This document shows positions 40,981 through 54,580 of a stretch of 64,000 nucleotides of DNA, piece after piece. This stretch comes from Eledone cirrhosa (lineage: Eukaryota): positions 46,996,001 through 47,060,000 of the forward strand of contig OZ024741.1 in assembly GCA_964016885.1 (NCBI GenBank), read 5' to 3'. The notes beneath the pieces are model-generated. The model was not told the origin of the DNA, searched no databases, and saw only the letters and a program-made list of their open reading frames with translations. Every line of letters starts with the position of its first letter. Position 1 is the first letter of the stretch. A program made the translations under genes and the position numbers.

Positions 40981-43735
40981 ATGGAATAATTCAATTACTC
41001 TTCCTCCCTAAAAGACATCCCGATCCTGTCTGACAGCACGTACATGGGCTTACGGATACACCACACCAACTCGTTCGTTAGACGCATGAAATGGCGCGCA
41101 TTTCACCACGACAGAAGGACACAACAACACGCGCCCTATGCCCCCCAGGACCGCCTAAAGCAGATATTTAGATCTAGACAACACCCACCACATAACGCAC
41201 AGCTGGAAGAATTTGAAAATCGTATCATCAACATCGTCCGTAACATCAAGTCCCGTAGGAATAGTACATGGCGTACGAAATACCTCACAAGTGTCAGCTC
41301 CACAATCAAAAGCATGGAAGAATGCCAGGATTACTTGTGCCCTCGGACAAAACTGGTAATCTATACATGCTTGACCGTTTTACATACGACTGCCTCGGGA
41401 AAGAGATTGTGAAAAATTATAGGACCACAGGACAGACAAACTTAGATAATATTAACGCCATGACCAAAAAATTACTGACGGGGCTAGGATTAGATGATAA
41501 GACCGAAGTATATATACCTAGAAAACCTCGGATATCTATTAAGGACCATAAATTAGACTCTAGAACTAACCTACCGGTTAGGTTAATAGCACCCTCAAAA
41601 TCTGACATAGGTAGGACCAGCAAAAATATCATAGACCGGATACTACCGGTACTTAGTAACAAAACTAGGCTTAGCTTATGGACCTCCCCTAAGGAGGTAA
41701 TTGACTTGTTCTCGTTAGTAGGTAACAAGCAGCAGGTAAATTTTATTCAATTAGACATAGATAATTACTACGCATCAGTATCTCCTGTATTAGTCAACAA
41801 GGCCCTCATGTGCGCCATGGCCAGGTCCAGCCTCACTAGGGAGGAGACTATCCGCATAGTAGCAACCAGAAAGACGCTAATTAGATTCGAAGACAAGTAA
41901 TGGGAGAGGAGGGACAGACCCGACAGTTTCAATATCACCATGGGGTCGAGCGACTTGGCACAGGTGACCGATCTTCTGGCGGGGATATATCTCCTCCATA
42001 GGTTAGCGGAGGAGATCCCGGGGATCGGAGGTGGAATATACAGAGATGACGCACTTTTCACCTTCCGTTCCCTAAACTCCAGCCAGATGGAGCGTATGAG
42101 GAAGCGCATATCACATTTTTTTAAACAGCACAGCTTATCCGTGACGATAGATCCTAACACTAAGACGGTGAATTTCGTGGACGTTACCCTGGAAATGAAT
42201 ACGGGCATCCACCGACCTTATCACAAGCCCAACGAGTACCTGCAATATGTGAACAGGCAATCGAATCACCCTAAGTCAGTCATAGAAGCCATAGTTAAAG
42301 GGGTATACAAACGCGTATCCACCCTGTCGGCCAACACAGACGTGTTTAAACAGCACGCCGAATAGGCACTGCGCAGGGCCGGTGACCATAGTGTATACCC
42401 CAGACAGGGAAGAGTCATGTGCCGAGGCGTGTGGATACGGCAATAGCGAGGGCGCTTCCATAGGTAGAAGAAATGACCCGGTAGCAGTCTCTAATAACAC
42501 GAATAGCAACACAGCTCACATTAATGACACAGGACCGACTGTAGGAAGGACAAAGGCACCCATGGGAGCTAGACCACCTAGTACACGGAGACATGGGCCT
42601 GGCATGCACACTGCATGCTTCACGGGAACTGGGACTAGAGACAGGGCAACGACACGTACGGCCGTGGTTCCCGCTAGAGAGAACACCCGGCCTGGTAGTA
42701 GTAGTATAGCACAGACAGCAGCATCACATAGATTTAAAGGGACTAGCTGTAGAGCCGACAACGTAGAACGAAATACCTTAGTAACTGAAGGGCATAACCT
42801 TGGCTCCCACAGCAGGCACACAGATAGAGACAACACAGGAGACGTAATTATGGGCGGGCGAAACCCGAGACGGATATCAGGTCCAGGGCACACTCACACG
42901 ACTACACACACACGAAAGAACAGGACTAGATCTAAGGCTATTACACGGTTTAATGCGCCATACTCCAAGCATGTACACAGCAACGTGCCAGGTCTTTTTT
43001 TCCAAGCGTCAGACAGTGCTTCCCGCCGTCGAACAAATTTCCTTCACCACAGCACCTAGCATGGCCGACTACATGGCTAAAACTAACGCGGTAAAGATGG
43101 GGAACATCGACCATCAACCGCGGCGGCAGAATGACAGTCTATCGGAGCACGGAGGACCAGTCGGGGACCGGCCTTCAAATAACCCGGCCCCCGTAGCGGC
43201 CGACACGATCCAACGCCAGGAGGGAACGAGTGGCGTGGGGGAGATCACCGTGCCGGCGGAACAACACCCTGAGAATCCTGAGAGGGCCCTAGCAGATCGA
43301 GGGCCAGGCGTCAGAAGCCGACGAAGTAACAACAGAACTTGTAACTGCAGAGCGGGCACCCAGTGACTCTACAGGGAAAATGCCTGACGAAGGACCTGAT
43401 ATACAAATGTGTGGTTAGAACCCAAAATGTAAATCGCACCTATATCGGCGCAACATCCACGACCTTTAAATCGCGGATGTAATAACCACACAAATTCCTT
43501 CAAGGACTGTAGCAAGAGGCACTCCACTAGGTTAGCAGACCTGGTGTGGAACCTGAAAGACCAAGGCCTTGAATGGAGTATCGTTCGGCATGCGAAGGCA
43601 TACTAGGCTGGAAGTAGAAAGTGCCGATTATGCTTATACGAGGCCATGGGGATAGTCAGACTGAAGGATTACGCGGTCAACCTGAAGTCTGAAATTATCT
43701 TGACCTGCAGACACCAGAGAAGGTGCACAGGCTAA
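40981..43735 (+). pseudogene. Full-length degenerate Naiad-type PLE ORF (GC-richer family)
   Basis: SLKDIP, FVRRMKWRAFH, SDKTGNLY, RLIAPSKSDIG, QLDIDNYY, MGSSDLAQVTD, GIYRDD, CNCR, YIGATSTTFK; many stops and frameshifts. Confidence 0.87.
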
Positions 43736-44531
43736 GAGCATGAGACAGAGCGCGGACAGACCTGAGCGACGAAACGGGTTTAAGGGACCTGACACCATAC
43801 CCTTATGACATTATATGCCCCGTGGGGTAAACCAAAATAACCCAAGATGCACACCTGACTACGCACGTCACCTTAGGCAGGTACATCGCCTACGCCGGGA
43901 CAGACTGACCCGGACTCCACGGTCGTTCAGTCAAATACCCTACACATATAGGACAACAAACCCCACCCACAGTGACATACCCCAATATGACCGGGCTACG
44001 TGCCCCCGTGAATGTGTACCTCTTCAATCGTGAATACATACTCTCCACGTGTTCCACTTTGGAACACTTATTATTGTTTGTTCCGTACACAGACCTAAGT
44101 GTGCATCTCCTACTCCCCATGTGTGGTATATCACACGAATACATGTACCTACTCCTTTCTCCCCTCTTTTTTATATATCTCTATGTGAAGTTATATGCAT
44201 ATTTTAATGTATTTTAATATATCGTAAATTTATTTTATTGTTTTTATGTGTAGATGCATAGGCCTGTGCGTATGTATATGTATGTGTGTGCGCATGTATA
44301 TATGTGTGTGTGTGTGTGTGCGTATGTATATGTGTGAGTATATATATATACATATGTGTAGATATGTGTGTGTATATATATATATATAGATGTGTATGTG
44401 TATGTGTGTGTATATATATTTTCTATCACCCTCAATAAATGTAATATCTCCACTATCCAGGAAGCTCCAACAGTTAAGGTTGTCTTTTTTCAGAGTATGT
44501 CAATATTTATTTATAAAACAAATCTGTATTG

Positions 44532-44597
44532 TATTTTATCTGATGAAAGCGCACCATAATTTGCCTTGGTGGCCCTTGAAATATGTATAATAAAATA
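44532..44597 (+). ncRNA. Type I hammerhead ribozyme
   Basis: UAUUUUAU-CUGAUGA-AAGCGCACCA...UGGUGGCCCUU-GAAA-UAUGUA-UA/AUAAAAUA; 185 bp upstream of a PLE ORF. Confidence 0.8.
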
Positions 44598-46130
44598 AAT
44601 ATGGTTTTATAAATATAGTTTCCATTTGTTAATATATTGTATATTTACTCCACTAGCTGTTGAGTGCTTTATATCAGTTATAAAAATGTTTAAGCTTGTT
44701 GAATCCCAACAAATTAAATATAACCTCTGCATATATTTTGCTCCTCTATTGTTGAGCGCTTTAAATTATAACTAATTAAAAATGGAATTCTTTAAGATCT
44801 CTTCTCTAAAAGACATACCTTTACCTAGGAATAAGGACTTTCTAAAACAACTCAGAAAAATCGGATGGCATGCTTTTCATTTCGATAAATCTGATGCGAA
44901 AGAAAATATTTCCAATCTTGATAGAATCTTCAAATCCAAAAAGAATCCACCTTCCAACAAACTATTAATGGAATTTGAAAATGAGATTATCTCTATCATA
45001 CAAAGCATTAAATTTAAGAAAAGCTACTTTGAAGGCCAGGATTACCTAAAGAGTCTCAAAAATAATATAGAAAGCTTTGAAAAAACGGAAAAAATTCTAG
45101 TTAAATCAGATAAAACCAACAATCTTTATGGAATGGAAAAGGATAATTACAATGATCTTATAGGAATTAAGGAAGAATTACAAAAGAGCAACCAGTGATG
45201 ACCTTGAAAAACTAAATACGGAAGCTTCGTATATAATGCAGGAATTAGGCATCGAAAATAGGACTCAACTCTTCATACCTAGGAAACCAAAAATTAATAT
45301 GAAGGACCATAAAAGACATTTTGAAATTGAATTACCAGTTAGATTGATTGCACCATCTAAATCGGACCTTGGCATACTTAGCAAGAATATTTTAGAAAGA
45401 ATCATACCACAGCTTAAGGAAATATCTTATTTAAAATTATGGAATGGGACTAATGAAGTTATTGACTGGTTTAAGGACATTAAATATAAGCATAACAATA
45501 AATTTATTCAATTGGATATTAATAATTATTACTCATCTATCACTCCTAATCTACTTAATAAAGCCCTTACATATGCATTTAAATATACAGATTTAACTAG
45601 TAATGAAATGCACATTATCTTAACTGCACGTAAAACATTAATTAAATTTAACAACCACCTCTGGACTAGAGCAGATAGAGATAATAATTTTGATATTACT
45701 ATGGGATCATCTGACTTGGCACAAATAACGGATCTTGTGGGGCTTTTTATTAACAATATTTTACATAGGAAAATACCGGAGATGACCGGTGGTTTATATC
45801 GTGACGATATGCTTTTACTTATAGAAAATAATAATAATTGTGAAATAAATAGGAAAAGAAAAGAAATTATACAATTTTTTAATTGCCTTAACCCTTTAGC
45901 ATTCAAACCGACAAAAACCAACAAGATTATGTCCCCTTTCATTTATTCAAACCAACAAAAACCGACATTTAATACCACATGGAGATCTCCTTCTAAAAGT
46001 AAAAATTGACATCATCAAAATCTCGTCAATTCGAGATTACTGCGAGATAAAGCCCTTACGCGCGAAAATTAACTCTTAGTATAGTTAAAGAACTTGCGAT
46101 AACACGCGTTTTTAACGTTCAAAGTGTAAC

Positions 46131-47830
46131 ATGGCTTCCGAAAGTAGCAACAACGAATTTGAAGGTTTTACATCCGACAGCATTCGAGATCAAAAAGAAA
46201 CAGAAGATAATATTAGTGATTTATCTTCAAACGAATCAGATATATTTATTTCTGATATATCTGATGATGATGATGATAGTTACTTTCAAAGTGAAAGAGA
46301 AGATATAACTGACACCATTGAAAAAACAGCAATGTGGTTGAAAGAAACAACACCAATACATGTTTCGGATTTTACTGAAAATATTGGACCACCACACATT
46401 ACCACCCGATGCTAAAGCACTGAATTATTATTTTTATTTTTACCACAAACTTTCTTCGAAGTGGTGGCAGAAGAGACAAATCGCTATGCCCAACAACGAA
46501 TTTCTAACCGAGGAAAACCCGATCTGTTATGGCGTCCGACAAATTCTGCTGAAATGAAAGCGTTTTTTACCATAAATATTATGTTTGGTATTAAAGAATT
46601 TCCAAGACTGTGGAATTATTGGAGTACTGATATAAGGTTTGGTGACCCTTATATATCTAGTATGATGGCAAAAACGAGATTCATCAAATTAAACCAGTAT
46701 TTGCACCTGGTTGATACTTCAAATACCCCTGGTAGAAATGAATCAAATTACGACCCACTGTACAAAGTACGACCATTAATTGAAATGTTGTCGGAAAAAT
46801 TTAAAAGTGTGTATATACCTGGAAAAAATCTTAGTATTGATGAAGCTATGATTGGGTATAAGGGTAGGGTTCATTTCAGACAGTATATGCCAGCTAAACC
46901 CACCAAATGGGGCATCAAAGTGTGGGAACTGTGTGTGAATCGGACACAGGATACTGTGTAAACTTTGATGTTTACACAGAAAAAAAACATAACGGAGAGA
47001 GAAAACACAGGTTGGGTTACGATGTTGTGTGGTCGCTGACCCAACCCTTCCACTCTCAACACAAACATAGAAAAAAAAACGGTCAAAATATATATTTTGA
47101 CCGTTTTTTTTCTTCAGTGCTTTTAGCAGAGGATCTTGCGCTTGTAAATTCGTACACCTGCGGCACAATAATGAGCAATCGGAAAGGGCTACCCCAAGAA
47201 ATAAAAGATGCGAAACTGAAAAACAGAGGGGACATTCTCCAAATGCAAAAAGGGAACATGTTAGCCACAGTGTTCAAAGACAAACGGCAAATTTTGTTCC
47301 TGAGTTCTAACCAACAACCAGGTGTTGGGGCTGAGGGTAAACCTTTAGTTAACCTCTCCTACAATAAATATATGGGTGGGGTTGACAAATCTGACCAGTA
47401 TTGTGCACATTACCCAGTTGGACGCCCTGGAAAGAAATGGTGGAGGTACATCTTATGGTTTTTAGTGAATTTAACCATTGTGAATTCTTTTATTGTATTT
47501 ACTAAAAGCCACAAGGATCCGCCACCACCAAAGGACTACTGTCATATGAAGTTTCGCGTGGACATTGCATCCCAGCTACGTGGAGGATATACTTCTCGCA
47601 AACACAAATCTGGGAAAAAATCAAAATTAGCAGTGGTCCACAAAGAAAATATTGATTTTCACAAAGTGGAGAGAATTGATGGTAGGAGGAAGGTTTGCCG
47701 ATTGTGCTCTTTGCAAAAGAGAAAAACTGTTAAGGGTTACGCAATCCAAACCCTATTTATGTGTTCCTTTTGCAAAGTGCCATTATGTAAAGGGTCTTTT
47801 GGGCAGTATCACGATAGAAATATTGTCTGA
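46131..47830 (+). pseudogene. piggyBac transposase, frameshifted
   Basis: SIDEAMI, YMPAKPTKWGIK, YFDRFFSS, YNKYMGGVDKSDQ, C-terminal Cys-rich domain. Confidence 0.9.
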
Positions 47831-48469
47831 CAATATTGAAAACAATCTTGAAAACAATATTTAAAAAATATATTAGAACATATATACAAAAACACCTGCA
47901 TTCACCTGTCACACCTGTTAATGAACTTATATATTGGGAACATTCTGTTACGTAAATTTACACCGTACATTGTGTAAGAGTACATTGCCAATATTATTTT
48001 GACTGGTGAAAAGGTTTTATACATTTTTTTCAATGAGAATATTTGCCTGGAATGTAGAGAAAGACTAAAACCTTGTACTGATTACACCTGCATTTATAAT
48101 TAATTCACCTGTTCGGAAAACTGCTAGAATTGATGGAAATCAGCATCTAAGTCATTATTGGATTTTTTTTTGCAACAAATCTAACAGGTAAGGCAGATAA
48201 AGTTTAAATTTTTGTGTTTATCCATAAAGTTATTACTTTTACACCTGTTAATTAATTTCACCTGCCCATAAAAGTCAAATTTAACAAAAAAAAAAACAGG
48301 TAAAAATATATAATTGTAAATTATAATTATTTAAACATCTACTGACAAAATTTCAAGTCTGCACATAGAAAATTAAAGTAATTACAAACAAATAAAATTG
48401 ATAACCCTCTTGAGTATAATTAAGTGAAAATAATGCGAATAGATGAACATGACATTTGACAATTCAATC

Positions 48470-48713
48470 ATCATCATCAGCGTTTAACGTCCATATTCCA
48501 CGCTTGCATGGGTTTGGATGGGAGTTTTCCCACTTGAGGCAAGAGTGGTTGTCTTGCTCGCATAGGACTGTCTGGCGGGTTTTCTATGGCTGGATGCCCT
48601 TCCTAACACCAACCACATTTACAGTGTGGAACTGGGAGGTTTTTACCGTGTTACCTACACGGCCACATTACAGCGTGGACTGTGTTTTTTTGTCGTGACA
48701 CCTACACGACCTC
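48470..48713 (-). mobile_element. RTE 3'-end fragment inserted just inside the piggyBac right end
   Basis: Reverse complement of the RTE 3' UTR at ~59892-60150; absent from the second piggyBac copy. Confidence 0.85.
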
Positions 48714-49930
48714 GTGAATGCTAAAGGGTTAATCTTAAAGTAGAAGTAGAGAATAATTATAAAATAGTTAATTTTTTAGATGTAACTTTAAACCTTAACA
48801 CTGGTCTTTATTATCCATTTCATAAAATAAATGAAAATCTAAACTATGTTAACTTTAATTCCAATCACCCCAGATCCGTTAAAAACACTATTGTAAATTC
48901 TGTGCAGCAACGTATTTCTAGAATTTCAGCTAATAAAAATATATTTGAAGATAAGGCACAATATTATAATGAAGCGTTAGGTAGAGCAGGCTATAGTAAT
49001 AAAATTAAATACATTGATAATAAGGATATGCCAACTAACCATAACTATAAATATTATAATAGAAAACCTTACACTAACTCGAAAACCAAAAGAAAAAATA
49101 AAACTAGAAATATATTATGGTTCGCTCCCCCTTTCTCATTAAGTATTAAAACTCCTATTGCTAAATTATTCTTTAAAGCTCTAGATAAATGCTTTCCTAG
49201 AACACAGATATTACTCAATATTTAATAGACATACTATTAAACTCTCATATTCCACAACTATGAATCTAGCGCAGAATATTTATAGAATTAATAATAGAAA
49301 CTTAAAACGTAACCAGAATAGCATTAATACCCCTAGCAATATCCAATATAATGTTACGGCTCCCAGTAATCTAAATTTAGATAAATGTAATTGTAGAAAT
49401 AAATCTGTCCTCTAAATAATAATTGTTTAGTTAAAAATATAGTATACAATTGTAATGTTGAAACAAATGTAAACTCCTTTAATTATGTAGGCTCTACCTC
49501 CACAGACTTCAAATCCCATTTTAATAACCACAAATGTTCTTTTACGAATATAGGTAAAAAATCTTCAACTTCTCTATCTAACTTACCATGGGACCTGAAA
49601 TCAAAGAGCATTAACTATTCTTTACTTTGGAATATTATCTCCAAAGCTCCTTCATACACTACTTTATCCAAAAATTGTTCTCTTTGTGTCGAAGAAATAT
49701 TCTTTATACTAAAAAGTAAGAACTCTATTAATTTGAGGAACAATTTATTTAGTTCTTGCAAATATCGTTTAAATTCAACTTTTAAATATATATATATAAA
49801 ATGTAATATACGACTTATCTCTTTTACATAATGTCTTCTATATCCATATATGATTCATATACTTAATTTATTATTAGACCTATCGATAGATTATAAAATT
49901 CCTTTATATGATTGCTTGAAACTCCTTTAA

Positions 49931-51402
49931 CCCTTTAGCATTCACATTGAATTGTCAAATGTCATGTTCATCTATTCGCATTATTTTCACTTAATTATAC
50001 TCAAGAGGGTTATCAATTTTATTTGTTTGTAATTACTTTAATTTTCTATGTGCAGACTTGAAATTTTGTCAGTAGATGTTTAAATAACTATAATTTACAA
50101 TTATATATTTTTACCTGATTTTTTTTGTTAAATTTGACTTTTATGGGCAGGTGAAATTAATTAACAGGTGTAAAAGTAATAACTTTATGGATAAACACAA
50201 AAATTTAAACTTTATCTGCCTTATCTGTTAGATTTGTTGCAAAAAAATCCAATAATGACCTAGATGCTGATTTCCATCAATTCTAGCAGTTTTCTGAACA
50301 GGTGAATTAATTAAAAATGCAGGTGTAATCAGTACACGGTTTTAGTCTTTCTCTACATTCCAGGCAAATATTTTCATTGAAAAAAATATATAAAACCTTT
50401 TCACCGGTCAAAATAATATTGGCAATGTACTCTGTAAATGTACGGTGTAACATTACGTAATAGAAAGTTCCCAATATATAAGTTTATACACACTTTAAAA
50501 TTTTTCTGACAATATTTCAATTAATGGTCGTACTTTGTACAGTGGGTCGTAATTTGATTCATTTCTACCAGGGGCATTTGAAGTATCAACCAGATGCAAA
50601 TACTGGTTTAATTTAATGAATCTCGTTTTTGCCATAATACTAGATATATAAGGGTCACCAAACCTTATATCAGTACTCCAATAATTCCACAGTCGTGGAA
50701 ATTGTTTAATACCAAACATAATATTTATGGTAAAAAACGCTTTCATTTCGGCAGAATCTGTCGGACAACATAACAGATCGGGTTTTCCGATATTAGAAAT
50801 TTGTTGTTGTGCATAGCGATTTGGCACAACTTCGAAGAAAGATTATGGTAAAAATAAAAAATAATAATCCAGTGCTTTAGCATCGGGTGGTAATGTGTGT
50901 TGTGGTCCAATATTTTCAGTAAAATCCGAAACATGTATCGATGTTGTTTCTTTCAACCACATTGCTGTTTTTTCAATGGTGTCAGTTATATCTTCTCTTT
51001 CACTTTCAAAGTAACTATCATCATCATCATCAGATATATCAGAAATAAATATATCTGATTCGTTTGAAGATAAATCACTAATATTATCTTCTGTTTCTTT
51101 TTGATCTCGAATGCCGTCGGATGTAAAACCTTCAAATTCGTTGTTGCTACTTTCGGAAGCCATGTTACACTTTGAACGTTAAAAACGCGTGTTATCGCAA
51201 GTTCTTTAACTATACTAAGAGTTAATTTTCGCGCGTAAGGGCTTTATCTCGCAGTAATCTCGAATTGACGAGATTTCGATGATGTCAATGTTTATTTTTA
51301 GAAGGAAATCTCCGTGTGGTATTAAACGTCGGTTTTTGTCGGTTTGAATAAATGAAAGGGGACATAATCTTGTCGGTTTTTGTCGCTTTGAATGCTAAAG
51401 GG
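49931..51402 (-). mobile_element. Internally deleted piggyBac, same family
   Basis: TTAA TSDs (49927-49930, 51403-51406), same TIRs; transposase stops after LSEKF. Confidence 0.93.
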
Positions 51403-52111
51403 TTAAGGAAATTTTTTTCTTGAAAACTTACTGAAGGGTCTAAGAAAATCTTTTGAAAATTCCTTTGAAAAATATAGAAAAACTATACTTTTATATTATA
51501 TTTTCAAACGTTTTTAATATATATATATATCCAAATATTTAAATATGTGGAAAACATGATTTTTTATATATATATATGTGGTGTAACCTATGGTTTATGC
51601 TTTAAATATATTCTTAAGAAGATTTTTTAAATGTTTTAACTTTATAGCAAGTAAATTTTGTGACTTAGTATAAAATAACATAAGGTTCATGTTCTAATTA
51701 TATTCTTAAGATTGAAAATTTAACTTCTTAACTTTATAGCATTTAATCCCTAGAGTTCTTAAAAAATCACTTATAACTTCCTTTACACTTCCTTACTGTT
51801 TTTATAATATAACTAAGTGGTTATTCTTTTGTAAACTCTCGAAAATTTTCCATAAATTTAGAATTATTTGGATGTTTTAAATTTTTGACTTACAACTTTA
51901 AATAAAATAAACTATAATAGATTTGCTCTAATGTAAAATAATATATATTTTTTAATAACTTATAATCCTTAACATACACATTTAAACTAATTATTAATTT
52001 ATCAAATTAAATCTTTAATCTAATTTTTCAACCTATCATTATAAATATTATAATCAAAACATAACGAATCCTGCATTATAAATATTATTCCTCCACGCTA
52101 TTCTATTCTTA

Positions 52112-53161
52112 TCTTCATCAAAATCTCGTCAATTCAAGACTACTGCGAGATTAAGCCCTTACCACGAAAATTAACACTTAATATAGTGAAACAAGTTAAA
52201 ACAACATGTGTTTTTTTAACTTTGAAAGTAGAACAGATTTTTTTTTTGTATCAACATGGTTTCTGAAAGTAGCGATACCGACTTTGAAGGTTTACACACG
52301 ACATTCAGAATGAACAAGAAACAAAAGATAATATTAGTGATATATCATCAAATAAATCTGATGTTTATATTTCTGAAATTTCGTCCGACGAAGATTGTTA
52401 TTTTGAAAGTGAAAGCGAAGCAGATCTCCAGGGCGCCATTGAAGATATTTCAGCAACATGGTCGAAAAATACCATACCAATACATGTTCCTGATTTTGTT
52501 GAAAATACTGGTCTACAGCATATATTACCTCCCGATGCTAAGCACTGGATTATTTCTTTTTGTTTTTGCCACAAACTTTCTTCGAAGTTGTGGCAAAAGA
52601 GACGAATCAATATGCCCAACAGCAGATATATATCAAAGAAAACCTGATCAGTTATGGCGACCGACAGATGCTGCGGGGATGCAAGCGTTTTTTACCATAA
52701 ACATTATGTTTGGTATAAAACAATTTCCAAGACTGTGGAATTACTGGAGCACTGATATAATGTTTAGCGACCCTTATATATTGAGTATTATGCCCAAAAC
52801 AAGGTATTTGAAATTAAACCAATATTTGCATCTGGTTGATACTTCAAATGCCCCTGCTAGAAATGATTTCAATTATGACCCTCTGTATAAAATTCGACCA
52901 GTAATTTAAATGCTCTCGGAAAAATTTAAAACAGTGTATATACCTGGAAAAAATCTTAGTGTTGATGAAGCTATGATTGGGTATAAGGGTAGGATTCATT
53001 TTAGACAATACATGCCAGCTAAACCCACTAAATGGGGCATCAAGGTGTGGGAACTGTGTGAATCGGACACAGGCTACTGTGTAAACTTTGATGTTTACAC
53101 AGGAAAGAAACACAACGGAGAGAGAAAATATGGCTTGGGGTACAATGTTGTGTGGTCTCTG
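52112..53161 (+). mobile_element. Diverged piggyBac fragment without termini
   Basis: Homologous to ~46010-47040; interrupted at ~53162. Confidence 0.85.
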
Positions 53162-53900
53162 AGTAAAAATAAAAATAAAAAAATATATAAAAAATATTGA
53201 GAAAGGGAAAATCACATATATTCTCTATATATTTTTTATATACTTTTTTTATATATTTTTTTTTATATATTTTTACTTTTATTTTCATTTTTATCCTCCT
53301 TATATTTTATTTTATTCTTACTTTTATATCTTATTATAGTGTAATCTTCCCTATGCCTTATTATACATTATTAACGATAAATTATTCTTATTCCATTTCT
53401 AATTACCTCATGTACTTTCTCCTCCGTTATATATATATTATATGCCCTTTGTGTGTGTGTAGCCTCTGCACACCCTCTGCACCCTACTATCAATGCCACC
53501 CCATCTATGGCTCCACTAACCACTCGACTCCCGGGAATGAATATGACCCACACCCCACCCTCCCGCACCTAAATTAGAATTATTGTCTCCTGCTTTTGCT
53601 CTTTACTCTTTGTTCTTGAATGTTTGGTTGGTAGAGTCCATAACACCAATCAAAACCCTTTTATAGCTCTGAAGAATCCTACAGTTACGTAAGGAAGAAA
53701 CATTGTAAGCCAATAAAAAATGTTTGATGTTGTAGACGCTCTTGTGTTCTTTATCATATATACGGCTCTGCTCCAAAGCATTGAGTTAATTATTATACTG
53801 CCAATACTTTAATGGGACATGGGTATACAATGCCTAACCTAAGTATATATATATATATACTATATACATATATATATATACTATATACATATATATAGAG

Positions 53901-53949
<49 letters not shown>

Positions 53950-53957
53950 TATATACA
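53162..53957 (+). repeat. HHR-bearing PLE pseudo-LTR-like repeat, copy 1, with a 5' inverted segment (53162-53216)
   Basis: 53217-53957 matches 57792-58537 including the patterned (TA)n end; 53162-53216 is an inverted version of sequence starting at 57754. Confidence 0.85.
53659..53718 (+). ncRNA. Type I hammerhead ribozyme
   Basis: UUUUAUAGCU-CUGAAGA-AUCCUAC AGUUAC GUAAGGAA-GAAA-CAUUG-UA/AGCCAAUAAAA. Confidence 0.8.
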
Positions 53958-54057
53958 GGGGAACATCCACTCATGTAATAACACACTATATATTATATAT
54001 TATGTATTTCGCTATGTGTCGCCGAAAGGTTATTTGGAGGGAACTCTCAGAGAGAGA

Positions 54058-54161
54058 ATTTTTTTCTGTAGAAGTCTTCTCTATATGTGGTGTTTAGCAT
54101 GAATTCCTCCTGTAATACTCTTCTTTGAGAGGAGCACGATATGTGAAGTAACATATATGTA
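54058..54161. repeat. ~104-bp direct repeat, second copy at 56354-56456
   Basis: Identical apart from one substitution and T-run length. Confidence 0.95.
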
Positions 54162-54452
54162 AAGAGGGGGTTCATTAGTCTCCTCATGTTGGGATTCATA
54201 GCCTATTTCCATTTTTGTAGGTATCAAGCTGGAGTCAGGTAATTCGCCACTATACTCGTAGCTTGGTGTATTTTGAGGGTCATCTCCTCTTCCCATTCTG
54301 GATGTTTCTAGAAGTTCAGACACACGATTGCCCTCTGGAAGGGTAGTTGCACCAATGGCTCCACAGATTTCCTTAACGGAGCCTAAGGCTACTTTGTTTC
54401 CCTTGGCATAGTTGTATGATTTCCTGCACTGTCTCTGTCTATCTTGCGGCAT
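54162..54452 (-). pseudogene. Truncated second viral gene (P-like, 97 codons)
   Basis: ATG ~40 nt after the gene-start signal that follows N; S/E/P/D-rich; cut off by the 104-bp repeat; identity inferred from position only. Confidence 0.6.
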
Positions 54453-54481
54453 TTTGGGCAGTGGTTTTGTTAGTTAAGTAT

Positions 54482-54508
54482 GAAATCGAGTTAGTTTTTT
54501 TTTCTGAT
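54482..54508 (-). promoter_or_regulatory. Rhabdovirus-type gene junction (gene end / intergenic CT / gene start)
   Basis: mRNA sense ATCAGAAAAAAAAA-CT-AACTCGATTTC, compared with vesiculovirus TATGAAAAAAA-CT-AACAGNNATC; 72 nt after the N stop. Confidence 0.78.
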
Positions 54509-54580
54509 GCTGTACAATGTTATAAAAGTATGAAAAGTGATTGTATAAAAATAAAAAGTTAAGACCGTCTATAAAGTCCT

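Larger units (their letters stand above)
45892..48728 (+). mobile_element. piggyBac DNA transposon, full length
   Basis: TTAA TSDs (45888-45891, 48729-48732); TIRs CCCTTTAGCATTCA/TGAATGCTAAAGGG. Confidence 0.94.
44782..49790 (+). pseudogene. Naiad-type PLE ORF split by piggyBac
   Basis: SLKDIPLP, SDKTNNLY, MGSSDLAQITD, GLYRDD; removing piggyBac plus one TTAA rejoins FFNCL to NLKVEVENNYKIVNFLDVT; GIY-YIG remnant at 49380-49780. Confidence 0.86.

Noticed and set aside
43364-43366. TGA at the conserved Cys of the CPL motif, recalling selenocysteine-coding Naiads
   Set aside because: Single case next to a frameshift in a copy with many stops; the other families here have Cys codons; no SECIS recognised
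54058-54068. CAGAAAAAAA at the end of the 104-bp repeat as a second viral gene-end
   Set aside because: Not followed by CT-AAC; the other copy has only six A and appears continuous with a + strand LINE relic
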